A stretch of DNA of 64,000 bases from Candidatus Sumerlaeaceae bacterium (GTDB lineage Bacteria; Sumerlaeota; Sumerlaeia; Sumerlaeales; Sumerlaeaceae). How positions within the stretch are numbered: position 1 is the stretch's first letter; every line of letters starts with the position of its first letter. The DNA lies in assembly GCA_051003195.1 (NCBI GenBank), contig JBPCLP010000017.1, positions 1 to 64,000 of the forward strand, written 5' to 3'. The notes under the pieces were generated by a model. It saw only the letters and a list, made by a program, of their open reading frames with translations, was not told the origin of the DNA and searched no databases. The translations under genes and the position numbers were made by a program. Shown piece after piece: positions 18,845 to 28,737 of this stretch.

Positions 18845-19156
18845 TCAGGCAAAAGGATTCGGCATGTTGAGCTGGCGACCCTGGCGGTCGTCCGCTCCCT
18901 CTGGCGCACGCACTTCCGGAGCAGCGGCCGGCGCGATTGTCGGCACAACTGGTATTGATGCGTCCGTAGTCGCTTCGCCGGCTGCCGACGACACAGGTTC
19001 TTCCCGTTCGTCCTCGTCAAAACTCCAGCGATCATGCTCTTCGAGCTTATCTACCGCGGGCAGGGGCAGAAACCACCGGACGAAGAACACTTTCGCGGCA
19101 CGTACGCCGCGACGCGCCAGCCCGACAAGGTTTCTGATCGGCTTCCCAGTGCTCAT
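18845..19156 (-). CDS. Small hypothetical protein
   Basis: Start overlaps the waaA stop; fills the gap in a co-oriented operon. Confidence 0.5.
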   Translation of the reverse strand: MSTGKPIRNLVGLARRGVRAAKVFFVRWFLPLPAVDKLEEHDRWSFDEDEREEPVSSAAGEATTDASIPVVPTIAPAAAPEVRAPEGADDRQGRQLNMPNPFA

Positions 19157-20448
19157 TTAAAATAGCGCCTGATAATTTCGATATTTCGTTGTGATGAGCC
19201 GCGGTTACGCTGGAAAGCGTCGCGTCCCCGGGAACCCTTGTCGCGCGCAAGCTCCGGATCCTTAAGCAGCGCAATAGTTTGCTCAGCCAGCATGTGAGAG
19301 TCCTCAGCCATGGTGCCTCCCGCTTCAGCGGTGAGTATCCGTACCATATCCGGCTGTTTACGCATGTATGGACCATGTATCACCGGCACGCCGTGACCCG
19401 CAGCTTCCTGTAAATTATGCCCGCCGATTCCCTGCACAAAGCTCCCCGCTATAATCGCGACATTTGATAGCGCATACAGTTTTGCGAGGATACCCATTTG
19501 ATCAACCAGGACAAGGGAAGCAGGCGGCTCGCCGCAGGTCTGGCCCGTCGAGGCGCGTCGCACCCGGAATCCGCTGGCACAAAGCAGGTTCCAAACCGCA
19601 TCAAACCGTTCCGGATGACGGGGCGCGAGAAGCATTACGGTCCCGGGCACGGCCGAGTGTACATATTTCCATGCATCAAGTATGATTTGCTCTTCGCCGG
19701 GATGTGTGCTGCCAACGACGACAACCGGCTGCCCCTCCGATATGCCGAAGGCCTGGCGCAATTGTGCAGCCTCCGCATCCGAAAAATCTGCAATCGGCGT
19801 ATCGAACTTGCAGTTTCCCGTCACATGTACCGGTCGCATGCCTTTCGTCAGTGAACGCACCCGGTCACCGTCCTCTGCCGTTTGCACACAGAACGCCGCG
19901 ACCCGCGACAGGGGCCCGTGCAGCAGCGGACGTATGCGGGAATAGCTACGGAACGAGCGCTCGCTGATCTTGCAATTGAGCACGAAAATTGACGCCCCGC
20001 GCTCAGCGAACAGGTTCAGGACATTCGGCCATAACTCCGTTTCCATTGGAATGAAAAGCCTCGGCTTGTAAACGTCCGCGAAACGCCTGACGGTCCATGA
20101 GTAATCGAATGGAAAGTAACGCACGGCATCCGCCATACCACCCTGCATCCGTTTCGCCTCTGCCTGCCCGGTCTCGGTATGGGTCGTCAGAAGGATTGGC
20201 CACTGCGGGAATTCCTTTCTCAGCAATGGCAGCATTGCCTTGGCAGCCATGACCTCACCCACACTCACGGCGTGCACCCAAACGCTCCCATCGCGCCACA
20301 TCGCCGGGTCTTCCTGGTCGATACTTCGACCAAGCATCGCCGGAATGCTCTCCTGGTACTTTCCCTGTCGCCATGCTTTATAGGCGATGTAGCTGGCTGC
20401 CGCCGGGGTAGCAGCCAGGTATGCCACGTCGTAAAGTGTAATGCCCAT
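19153..20448 (-). CDS. waaA: 3-deoxy-D-manno-octulosonic acid (Kdo) transferase
   Basis: VWVHAVSVGE, METELWPN, TGNCKFD, GSTHPGEE, LAPRHPERF, GGHNLQEAA. Confidence 0.96.
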   Translation of the reverse strand: MGITLYDVAYLAATPAAASYIAYKAWRQGKYQESIPAMLGRSIDQEDPAMWRDGSVWVHAVSVGEVMAAKAMLPLLRKEFPQWPILLTTHTETGQAEAKRMQGGMADAVRYFPFDYSWTVRRFADVYKPRLFIPMETELWPNVLNLFAERGASIFVLNCKISERSFRSYSRIRPLLHGPLSRVAAFCVQTAEDGDRVRSLTKGMRPVHVTGNCKFDTPIADFSDAEAAQLRQAFGISEGQPVVVVGSTHPGEEQIILDAWKYVHSAVPGTVMLLAPRHPERFDAVWNLLCASGFRVRRASTGQTCGEPPASLVLVDQMGILAKLYALSNVAIIAGSFVQGIGGHNLQEAAGHGVPVIHGPYMRKQPDMVRILTAEAGGTMAEDSHMLAEQTIALLKDPELARDKGSRGRDAFQRNRGSSQRNIEIIRRYFK

Positions 20449-20450
20449 TC

Positions 20451-21587
20451 TCAAGATAGCAGGTGGTTATACATGTCGAGAATCTCCTTGGCGGCGTGTT
20501 CCCACGAGAACCTGCGAGCATTCGCAGGACCGTGCTCGATCAGCGACTTTCTAAGTTCCGGGTCATTGTGCGCCTGCTCAAGTGCCTCCACAATACTGTC
20601 CGTCTCATCGGGATTACAATAGATGGCATGCTTGCCCGCGACTTCGGGCAATGCGGAATGTCGCGACACCAGCACAGGTACACCGAGCGCCTGGGCTTCA
20701 AGCACTGGAAGTCCAAACCCTTCGTATTTCGTCGCGAAGTAGAGCATCCATGCTTCTTTCATGAAGACCCGTTTTTCCGCCTCGTTGACCTGTTCATGAA
20801 TCTGGATACGTCTCAGCAGCCCGCGCTGCCGAATCTCCGCGAATAAGGGATCAAAAAAACGATCCGGCTTCAGGATCATGACAAAGTGCAGATCGTCGTG
20901 CCCGGGATTGTGCTTCAGGAACTCTTCGAATGCATCCACCATCCGGAGCAGGTTCTTATTGGGGCGCGTTGAACCCAGATAGAGAAGGTAACGTTGCGGC
21001 AGCGCATACTTTTCGCGCACACGCTCGATCTGTTCCTCCGGGGGCAGCTGAAAACTTTCTTCTGCTATTCCCGCCGGCACTACGAGTACTTTATCTGCGC
21101 AATCGGGGAACAGGTGCAGAAGATCGTTCTTTGTCGCGTGTGAAATACACAGAATGTAGTCCGCACGCCGAAGGGACGCTGGATAGATGAAGCGATAGAA
21201 CGCATCGTAGATGAGCTTTTTCAGCAATGAGCGCCGGGCGGTGAATTGCGGGTCGAGCAGCGGCTGCAGATCGAACACTGTGATGGTGAGCGGCTTGCGC
21301 CAGGTAAGAGGCGCGATAGGCAGCAGCGAGTGCAGTACATCACCATTAAGCTGTTTGATGGAATGGCCCAGGGTGCTCACCGTGCGGAGGGAGACCGGGC
21401 GCGCACCTTCCTGGATAATCTCAAAATTGTCCGGCAGTTCGAGATCGCCATGATAGGAGCTATGCACCAGCACGATGTATTCGTTGGAATGGTCATGCCG
21501 GCCCAGAGCCTGCAGAAGCTCCGCGGAATAGGTGCCGATCCCCGAGTAATCGGCTTTGAGGTATCGCGCGTCGATGATGATACGCAC
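20451..21587 (-). CDS. Glycosyltransferase family 4 (GT-B)
   Basis: MRIIIDAR..SGIGTY, RPNKNL, YEGFGLPVLEA, ARRFSWE. Confidence 0.93.
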   Translation of the reverse strand: MRIIIDARYLKADYSGIGTYSAELLQALGRHDHSNEYIVLVHSSYHGDLELPDNFEIIQEGARPVSLRTVSTLGHSIKQLNGDVLHSLLPIAPLTWRKPLTITVFDLQPLLDPQFTARRSLLKKLIYDAFYRFIYPASLRRADYILCISHATKNDLLHLFPDCADKVLVVPAGIAEESFQLPPEEQIERVREKYALPQRYLLYLGSTRPNKNLLRMVDAFEEFLKHNPGHDDLHFVMILKPDRFFDPLFAEIRQRGLLRRIQIHEQVNEAEKRVFMKEAWMLYFATKYEGFGLPVLEAQALGVPVLVSRHSALPEVAGKHAIYCNPDETDSIVEALEQAHNDPELRKSLIEHGPANARRFSWEHAAKEILDMYNHLLS

Positions 21588-22918
21588 TATACCGGCTCCG
21601 CGGAATGAGACTTGGGCCGTCTGAATTCGTGCTCTGCAGCCGCGCCGGCACCTGTACTTTCCGTCAAGAGAGATGCATTGATGCGATCCGTCATCGCTTC
21701 CCAGCTCGCGCGCCGTGCACGTTCAATACCCGCCGCAATGCGCGTGGGGTCTACACGATCCAGTCGCTTTCCGACGAGTTCGATGAATTCATGTCGCGAA
21801 TGAGCGACGTCCACGATCCCCGAGTAGAAATGCTCCACATCCGGAAGCGCGGTCGAGACCACGGGAATCCCGGCAGCCAGGTACTCGAGAGTTTTGACCG
21901 GATGCAATTGAAGCGTCGCTGGAGTAAGACGAAAGGGAATCAGCCCGACATCAAAAGCCTGTGCATACGCCGGAATCTGTTCATGCGGTTTAAGCCCCAG
22001 GTAATGCAGGTTGGGCTTGTGGGGCAATCCCGCCTGCTGAAAATGAATGGGCCCGATCAGGACTACGGCAGCGTGCGGATATGCCTCGCAAATTTCCGCG
22101 ATCAGGTCGAGGTCGATTCGCTCGCTGATCGTCCCAAAATAACCGATCACAGGCTTTCTGAGTTTTGCGATGTCCGCAGGTGCAGGCGCCGGAGTAGAGA
22201 ATTCCGTGAAGTTTACACCGCACGGGATGAATGTGGAATTAATCAGCGCCCTGGCAAGCTGGTGCGTGCCCGTAAGAACGGCATCGGCCATCTTGAGCAT
22301 GTCTGAATCGAAAGTCTTGCCGAAATCCGGAGACCAGTCGAACGCGGTAAAGTCGTCAATAACATCATAGACCAGCCGCCGCAATGACGTGCTCCGCTGG
22401 CCATCCCTGTAAAACAGCCGTTGAATGGGCCGGAGCGCAAAAGGAGTGTTTGCGACGCAATGAACCGCGGTGTGCCGCCCCATCCAAAGTCTCGCATGCC
22501 ATGCAATAATAGCGCAGTTCACCTCGTGCACGAACCGGCTCTTAAAATGACCGCTGAACACCAACGGTGACAAAACCAGCAGTGAGCCGGCCCCACGCTG
22601 GTAAGTCTTCACCTGTCGGAACCGCCGACCGAGATTCCAGAACCAGTTATGTAGCTGTACAGGTGCGCAGTAAACGACGTCGTGCTTTACGGCGGATCGC
22701 CACGCGTGTTCCTGGGGCCGCTGCCACACATCGTCCCAGATCACCTGCGAAAACGAAAACAAGACGATCCCTTGCCGCTGCTTTCCACGTCCCATCCGTG
22801 AACGCACAGCCGATGCCACAAAGTAGACCAGTACAAGGGGACTTGCGAGGATACAGAGTACGACTTTAACCGCGTAATGGATACTCACATGCGGCATTGC
22901 GCGCTGGCTCTCGTACAT
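21587..22918 (-). CDS. GT-B glycosyltransferase (TuaH-like)
   Basis: WDDVWQRPQ, VYDVIDD, IPCGV, IGYFGTI, DVGLIPF, PVKTLEYLAAGIPVVST. Confidence 0.88.
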   Translation of the reverse strand: MYESQRAMPHVSIHYAVKVVLCILASPLVLVYFVASAVRSRMGRGKQRQGIVLFSFSQVIWDDVWQRPQEHAWRSAVKHDVVYCAPVQLHNWFWNLGRRFRQVKTYQRGAGSLLVLSPLVFSGHFKSRFVHEVNCAIIAWHARLWMGRHTAVHCVANTPFALRPIQRLFYRDGQRSTSLRRLVYDVIDDFTAFDWSPDFGKTFDSDMLKMADAVLTGTHQLARALINSTFIPCGVNFTEFSTPAPAPADIAKLRKPVIGYFGTISERIDLDLIAEICEAYPHAAVVLIGPIHFQQAGLPHKPNLHYLGLKPHEQIPAYAQAFDVGLIPFRLTPATLQLHPVKTLEYLAAGIPVVSTALPDVEHFYSGIVDVAHSRHEFIELVGKRLDRVDPTRIAAGIERARRASWEAMTDRINASLLTESTGAGAAAEHEFRRPKSHSAEPV

Positions 22919-23043
22919 CTTCTGTAAAACGTTAAATGGTGCAAATTACAGGCTTGATCAGCGCCTTTCAGCTTTAGTTCCATTTACCACTCAAAGCTCT
23001 ATAATCCGAATGTCGGATTGGCTTGGCAATAGTTAAGGAAACC

Positions 23044-23850
23044 ATGACGACTGCAACCCAGGAAGCGCCGGAAGCCACTAAAACAGGCGCGCCAAGGCCC
23101 TCGGCCCGCAAGATGATCAATGTGCGGGTCCAGCGCCAGCACGACGCGAAGAGTGCTTCTTTCTGGGAGGAGTATTCCATCCCATATCGCGCCAACATGA
23201 ACATTATCTCCGTGTTGATGGATTTGCGCGAGAAGCCGATCACGCGGGATGGCAAAAAGGTACTTCCGATCAGTTGGGATGCTGCATGCCTGGAGGAAGT
23301 CTGCGGCTCCTGCTCCATGAACATTAACGGTGTTCCACGCCAGGCCTGCAGTGCGTTGGTGGACCGTCTGCCTGATCCGATCGTGCTCGAGCCGTTCAAA
23401 AAATTCCCCGTTGTGCGCGACCTGGTGATCGACCGCAGCTCGATGTTTAACAACCTTAAGCGGGTAAAGGCCTGGGTGCCGATCGATGGCACGTACGACC
23501 TGGGAGAAGGCCCGCGTATGGCTGAAGAAGAACGTGCGGAGATGTACAAGCTCTCGCAATGCATGACGTGCGGCTGTTGTGTCGAGGCGTGTCCGCAAGT
23601 GAATGACCACAGCGACTTCATCGGCCCGGCTGCGATTGCGCAGGCCCGGCTTTTTAACGCTCACCCCACCGGCGCAATGCATGCCACCGCACGTCTTGAG
23701 GCGCTGATGGGACCCGGTGGAGTCCAGGCATGCGGCAAGGCGCAGAACTGTGTGCGTGTATGCCCGAAGGGGATTCCTCTCACCGAATCCATTTTCGACA
23801 TGAACGCAAAAGTGAACCGGTACGCGGTGAAAAAGTTTTTCCGGGGGTGA
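23044..23850 (+). CDS. sdhB: Succinate dehydrogenase/fumarate reductase iron-sulfur subunit
   Basis: WDAACLEEVCGSCSM...QAC, CMTCGCCVEACP, CGKAQNCVRVCPKGI; ATG 23044 follows AAGGAA. Confidence 0.95.
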   Translation: MTTATQEAPEATKTGAPRPSARKMINVRVQRQHDAKSASFWEEYSIPYRANMNIISVLMDLREKPITRDGKKVLPISWDAACLEEVCGSCSMNINGVPRQACSALVDRLPDPIVLEPFKKFPVVRDLVIDRSSMFNNLKRVKAWVPIDGTYDLGEGPRMAEEERAEMYKLSQCMTCGCCVEACPQVNDHSDFIGPAAIAQARLFNAHPTGAMHATARLEALMGPGGVQACGKAQNCVRVCPKGIPLTESIFDMNAKVNRYAVKKFFRG

Positions 23851-23924
23851 GCGCGGGCTCGGCTGTTCCGCGCGCGCACCTCGTTCCTATTGTCCAGCAG
23901 CCGGCATCCGGCTAACGCCGACCG

Positions 23925-26213
23925 TTGGTGCAGCGACCAGTAAAAGATTTAAACAGGCCCCAACCTGGTGAGCCTGCACTACAGCCGGCGGCAAACGCCG
24001 TTGCGCGGATAGCCGTTAATCAGCCCATCGAGCATTCCTACTGGTATAGCATCCCGCAATCCATGACTGCCGATCTCCAGGTGGGCAGCATTGTCGAAGT
24101 TCCGTTTTCCGGCCGAACCGCTCGCGGCTGTGTGTTGGAGTTTGCCGCCGAGCATCCGGAAGGACCCCTGCGGAAGCTCAAGCCCATCGCAAAGCATCTG
24201 TCTCCCGAGTATCGCCTTGAACCGGAACTGATCCAGCTCGCATTGTGGATCGCTGACTACTACTTATCGCCGCCCGGCGACGCGCTGTCGACTGCGTCCT
24301 TCATCGGGTTCAACGATGTCGCAGTGCAGTCCGAAATGCGGTACAGGCTGGCCCCACAGGCGGACATACAAACAGGACGACTCGGTGCTAAACAGAAGGC
24401 GGTGCTTGCCCTGCTGCAGCAGCGGGGCGGGAGCGTGACCAGTTCCGAGATCGCACTCGTCACCGGCGCGAACGCGGCCACGCTGCACCGCCTCGTCGAA
24501 ACCGGCTTAATCCTGACTGAACAGCAAACCATTCAACGGGCTGACGATTACGGCCCACTTCCCGACGCCGACGTCGCGCTGCGACTGAACAAGACTCAGC
24601 AGGCGGTTTTTGCCTACGTCTCCGAGGCAATGGATCGCCGCCAGCCCCGGACGTTCCTGCTGCACGGTGTGACAGGAAGCGGTAAGACCGAGATTTACCT
24701 CCAGGCCATACGCAAAGCGCTCGATGAGGGCGGCGAAGCGATCGTTCTGGTGCCCGAGATTTCGCTGACGCCGCAGACCGTCGACCGTTTCCGTCGCCGC
24801 TTCGGCAACATCGTCGGCGTTTATCATTCGCGGCTTACGCTGGGCCAGAAGTTCGACCTCTGGCGGTCTGTCAAATCGGGCTACACTAAAATCCTGGTCG
24901 GTGCGCGATCGGCCATCTTCACGCCGTTCGAGAATCTTCGCGTCGTTGTGGTCGACGAGGAGCATGAGAACAGCTACAAGCAGGACAGCTCACCGCGCTA
25001 CCACGCGCGCGACGTCGCCATCAAGCGTGCGCATGACTCAGGAGCGGTCGTGGTTCTGGGCAGTGCCACGCCATCAGTTGAGACATACTACAAAGCGCAG
25101 TCGGGTAAGTTCCAGCTGCTGACATTACCCGAGCGCATCGATGTTAAGCCGATGCCACCGATTCGCGTAATCGACATGACACTCGAAGCGAAAGAAAACC
25201 GTAATCCTGACCTGTTCAGCGAGCCGTTGCGCACTGCCATCGAGACCACTCTCTCGCGTGGCGAACAGGTCCTGCTGTTCCTCAACCGCCGCGGGTTCTT
25301 CAACTTCATGATCTGCATGGAGTGCAATACGCCGGTGCGCTGCAAACATTGCGACGCCACGCTAACCATGCATCGGCCGAAGAACATGCTGCTGTGCCAT
25401 TACTGCGGCCGCGAATATGTGCCGCCGAAGAAGTGCCCGGATTGCGAAAACCCGGAGATGTCCCTGCTCGGCACCGGTACTCAGCGCGTGGAGGAGCACG
25501 TACAGCAGCTTTTCCCGAAGGCGCGTGTCATTCGCATGGACCTCGATACGACCCGCAAACGCAACGCATTCCTGGACGCGTGGCGGCGTATCGAGCGCGG
25601 TGAGGTGGACATTATCCTCGGTACGCAGATGATCGCGAAAGGCATCCACTTGGAGAACGTCACACTGGTGGGAGTGCCGCTCGCCGACGTCTCGCTGTTC
25701 CAGCCCGACTTCCGCGCAGCGGAGCGCGCGTTCAGCGTGCTCACCCAGGTTGCCGGCCGTGCAGGGCGAGGGGACAAGCCGGGCCAGGTCATCCTGCAAA
25801 CCTACGTTCCGCATCACTACGCCATCCACTTTGCACAAACGCATGACTACATCGGCTTCTACCAGAAGGAAATTCGTGTACGGCAGGTGCTACGCTTCCC
25901 CCCGCATTACCGGCTCATGGGAGTGCTCGCCACCGGCAAGGACGAAGAAGATACTGCCGGACTTTTTAAAGAGTTTTCCCGCATGCTGCGCAACGCGGCG
26001 TTCCGTTTCCAGGACGAGGTCATGGTCCTTGGCCCGGTGCCCGCACCCATCGCACGCATCAACGATGAGTATCGCTGGCGGGTGCTGCTGCGAGGGCGCG
26101 ACCACCGCCTGATGCGCGACGTGCTGCAGGCGGCGCTTGATCGCTTTGCCGAATACCCCGGAAAGTCCAAAATTCAGCTCATTACCGACGTCGATCCCAT
26201 GGATCTGCTGTGA
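23925..26213 (+). CDS. priA: Primosomal protein N' helicase
   Basis: LLHGVTGSGKTEIY, VDEEHE.SYKQ..PRYHARD, LFLNRRGF, four CxxC pairs, GTQMIAKG, QVAGRAGR. Confidence 0.97.
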   Translation: MVQRPVKDLNRPQPGEPALQPAANAVARIAVNQPIEHSYWYSIPQSMTADLQVGSIVEVPFSGRTARGCVLEFAAEHPEGPLRKLKPIAKHLSPEYRLEPELIQLALWIADYYLSPPGDALSTASFIGFNDVAVQSEMRYRLAPQADIQTGRLGAKQKAVLALLQQRGGSVTSSEIALVTGANAATLHRLVETGLILTEQQTIQRADDYGPLPDADVALRLNKTQQAVFAYVSEAMDRRQPRTFLLHGVTGSGKTEIYLQAIRKALDEGGEAIVLVPEISLTPQTVDRFRRRFGNIVGVYHSRLTLGQKFDLWRSVKSGYTKILVGARSAIFTPFENLRVVVVDEEHENSYKQDSSPRYHARDVAIKRAHDSGAVVVLGSATPSVETYYKAQSGKFQLLTLPERIDVKPMPPIRVIDMTLEAKENRNPDLFSEPLRTAIETTLSRGEQVLLFLNRRGFFNFMICMECNTPVRCKHCDATLTMHRPKNMLLCHYCGREYVPPKKCPDCENPEMSLLGTGTQRVEEHVQQLFPKARVIRMDLDTTRKRNAFLDAWRRIERGEVDIILGTQMIAKGIHLENVTLVGVPLADVSLFQPDFRAAERAFSVLTQVAGRAGRGDKPGQVILQTYVPHHYAIHFAQTHDYIGFYQKEIRVRQVLRFPPHYRLMGVLATGKDEEDTAGLFKEFSRMLRNAAFRFQDEVMVLGPVPAPIARINDEYRWRVLLRGRDHRLMRDVLQAALDRFAEYPGKSKIQLITDVDPMDLL

Positions 26214-26220
26214 GCCCCGG

Positions 26221-27384
26221 CTAAATCTTGAACTGCCGCAGCTCCTTCAGCGCATAGAACGTATCGCGCCAGCGGATGCCCCCCTGCCGCAATGTGACGA
26301 ACATCGACCGCATCATTGCCGCGAACATGAACAGCGCGCCGATCGGGCCGGAGAACGCATATATCGGACTGGTATTCGAGAATTTGTTCAGCGCCACGCC
26401 AAGCAGTGGCTGCAGCACCAACGCCGTAGCTCCGCAAATTACCCGGGGCGCGAGCGGTCCAAAAAATATTCCGAACCACGGCCACCAGTAAACGTACAGC
26501 AGGCCAAACGACGCGATCAGCGTTTTCAGCACGCTGTAATTGAACGACGCGAAGCCGTTCTTTTCGAGTCCCTTGATGGTATTCGCCAGCCCGGTCTGCC
26601 AGCGCACCTTGATCATTCCAGTGCCATATACGACCCGGAGCCTGCCGCCGCTGAGCTTGAAAAGTTTGCCGAGCCCCACATCATCGATCACTTGCAGCCG
26701 CAGGAACCGATGCCCATGCACTTTCCGATAGTGCGCGGCGCGAACCATGTTAAACGCGCCCACCCCGATAAACGCGCGACTGCTGTCGTCCTGCGCGCGG
26801 GAAGCGGAGAAGGCGATGCTGAAACATTGCGCAAACGTCAGGATCATGCAGCGTTCGCCGGGCGTCGCCGTCAGGATGTCCGGAAGCCCCGCGAGCATGT
26901 CCGCGTTTTCCTGGCGAATGTAATGCACTGCGCGGGCGAGCGTTGTTGGTTCGAAAATCACGTCGCCGTCAGCAAACAGGATGTACTCCCCAGTGGCCTT
27001 TGCAGCACCCGTGGAAAGCGCATTGCATTTACCCAGCCAGCCCTCCGGGCACTCCGTGATGTGCTCGACAACAAGACGGCCGTTACTCCGTGCGGCAATC
27101 TCGTCCGCTATTTCATGGGTGCGGTCCGTCGAGCGGTCTTCCATCACCAGGATTTCGAGGTTCGGGTACTCCTGCGCCAGCAGGCTTTCGAGGCATGCAC
27201 GAATGCCGGCCTCCTCATTGCGTGCGGGCACCACCACACTCAGCTTCGGAAGCGTCGCCGGGTCATCCGGCAATGGCAGCTTTGACAGAAATGAAACGGT
27301 GCGCGCGCCGCGAAATCCCGATACGATCGCAACAACCCAGTAGATAAACGCGCCCGCCGCGAGGAGAAGCCAGAACCAGAACAT
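26221..27384 (-). CDS. Membrane glycosyltransferase family 2 (HpnB/CrtQ-like)
   Basis: SVVVPARNEE, EDRSTD, GWLGKCNAL, FADGDV, IDDVGLG; N- and C-terminal TM helices; start MFWFWLL at 27384. Confidence 0.9.
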   Translation of the reverse strand: MFWFWLLLAAGAFIYWVVAIVSGFRGARTVSFLSKLPLPDDPATLPKLSVVVPARNEEAGIRACLESLLAQEYPNLEILVMEDRSTDRTHEIADEIAARSNGRLVVEHITECPEGWLGKCNALSTGAAKATGEYILFADGDVIFEPTTLARAVHYIRQENADMLAGLPDILTATPGERCMILTFAQCFSIAFSASRAQDDSSRAFIGVGAFNMVRAAHYRKVHGHRFLRLQVIDDVGLGKLFKLSGGRLRVVYGTGMIKVRWQTGLANTIKGLEKNGFASFNYSVLKTLIASFGLLYVYWWPWFGIFFGPLAPRVICGATALVLQPLLGVALNKFSNTSPIYAFSGPIGALFMFAAMMRSMFVTLRQGGIRWRDTFYALKELRQFKI

Positions 27385-27589
27385 GGTGGCCAAGTCTGAG
27401 GCCGTCCATGTGTTCGTCAAGCATTGTGCCATTGCGAAACCTCACGAAACCGCCCGCCCTTCGTCGTGTAGGGAGGGGCACTGTCTGTCGCGCGTCGCCC
27501 CAGGCTTCAATTAGAATACGCGCTAACCAGCACTTCGGCGCGGGAATTGCACGCCAAGACCCGATCACTACATTTCGGGAGGCAGTACA

Positions 27590-28507
27590 ATGGCTAACCT
27601 GCGCAAAACATTAACATTATTGGTTTTGCTAATTAGCATCACTGCGTCAGGCTTTGCGCAGGCCACTGCAACGGACAGTTCCCCAGCAAAGCGTTCCCGC
27701 CGCGCGAAGGGCACGACTGAAACGGTGACCGCCGCCACGGCTCCCAGGTCCAGCCCGGCCGACTCGGACAGTGCATCGACCAACAAACGGGCTCGCGGCA
27801 AGGACGGCCGTTTCGTGAAGACAACCGACGCGACTCCCTCCACCGAACGTGCACGGGGCAAGGACGGACGCTTTGTCAAGACGACCGCAGAAACGCCTGA
27901 GCCAGACGCTACCCCAGCACCCACTGCACGGTCGCGCGGCAAAGACGGACGCTTTGTCAAGACGACCACCGAAACGCCTGAACCAGACGCTACCCCTGCG
28001 CCCACTGTAAGGCCGCGCGGAAAGGACGGGCGCTTCGTCAAGACGACCACCGAAACGCCTGAACCAGACGCTACCCCTGCGCCAACTGCACGGCCACGCG
28101 GCAAGGACGGGCGCTTTGTAAAGACCACCGAAGAACCGCAAGCCACTCCGGAGGTCCCGGCCTCACCAACGCGCAAATCAGGCGGCATTGGCGAGTGGCT
28201 CAGGCGCGAGACCAATACGCAGCCCGACGCGACACCCGCCGTCGCGACACCAGCAGCCACCACCAGGTCAGGTAGTCCCCCCGCACCGACGGAAGTCTCG
28301 CAACCCGGCGATAAAACCATCGATGGCGGCATCGTCGGCGATGCAAAGCATCCGATACTCGGACCCGGGGACCAGGTGTTCGTCACTGAGTCGGGCGAGA
28401 AGTTTCATCGACCTGGCTGCTCCTACCTCAAGGGATCGGCAACACCGCTGCTCAAAAAAGAGGCCGAAGGAAAAGGATTTGCGCCGTGCTCTGTGTGTAA
28501 GCCGTAA
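27590..28507 (+). CDS. Secreted low-complexity protein with five RGKDGRFVKTT repeats and a C-terminal Ada-like HxxxC...CxxC metal-binding module
   Basis: Signal peptide ending GFA; repeats visible in both DNA and protein; C-terminus VFVTESGEKFHRPGCSYLK...GFAPCSVCKP; GGGAGG RBS. Confidence 0.85.
   Translation: MANLRKTLTLLVLLISITASGFAQATATDSSPAKRSRRAKGTTETVTAATAPRSSPADSDSASTNKRARGKDGRFVKTTDATPSTERARGKDGRFVKTTAETPEPDATPAPTARSRGKDGRFVKTTTETPEPDATPAPTVRPRGKDGRFVKTTTETPEPDATPAPTARPRGKDGRFVKTTEEPQATPEVPASPTRKSGGIGEWLRRETNTQPDATPAVATPAATTRSGSPPAPTEVSQPGDKTIDGGIVGDAKHPILGPGDQVFVTESGEKFHRPGCSYLKGSATPLLKKEAEGKGFAPCSVCKP
27794..28129 (+). repeat. Intragenic tandem repeat, 5 units (one 60-bp spacing, then three 81-bp spacings)
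   Basis: Motif starts at 27794, 27854, 27935, 28016 and 28097. Confidence 0.95.
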
Positions 28508-28737
28508 TCGGACCAGTCGCTCAAATTTTGGCGGAGTAGACTTCTCTAACTCATTGCGTAGTTGGCCTTTCCGTGTGCGGATCTCCGAAACAACCAGCAG
28601 GGAAACAACAGTCGCTATTCGGTAACTTTAAATCCGGCGAACACCCCGCCGCGGTGCGGCAAGCTTGTTTGCCTGGGACCACCTGCGGCAACAAACAGCG
28701 CATTGACAAGGAGCACGGTCGACGCCATGTGTGCGGA

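Noticed and set aside
26137..27285. 382-aa + strand ORF
   Set aside because: Antisense shadow of the GT2 gene.
27568..28386. 272-aa minus ORF with VVLTKRPSLPR repeats
   Set aside because: Reverse-complement reading of the RGKDGRFVK repeat gene, which has the RBS, signal peptide and terminal domain.
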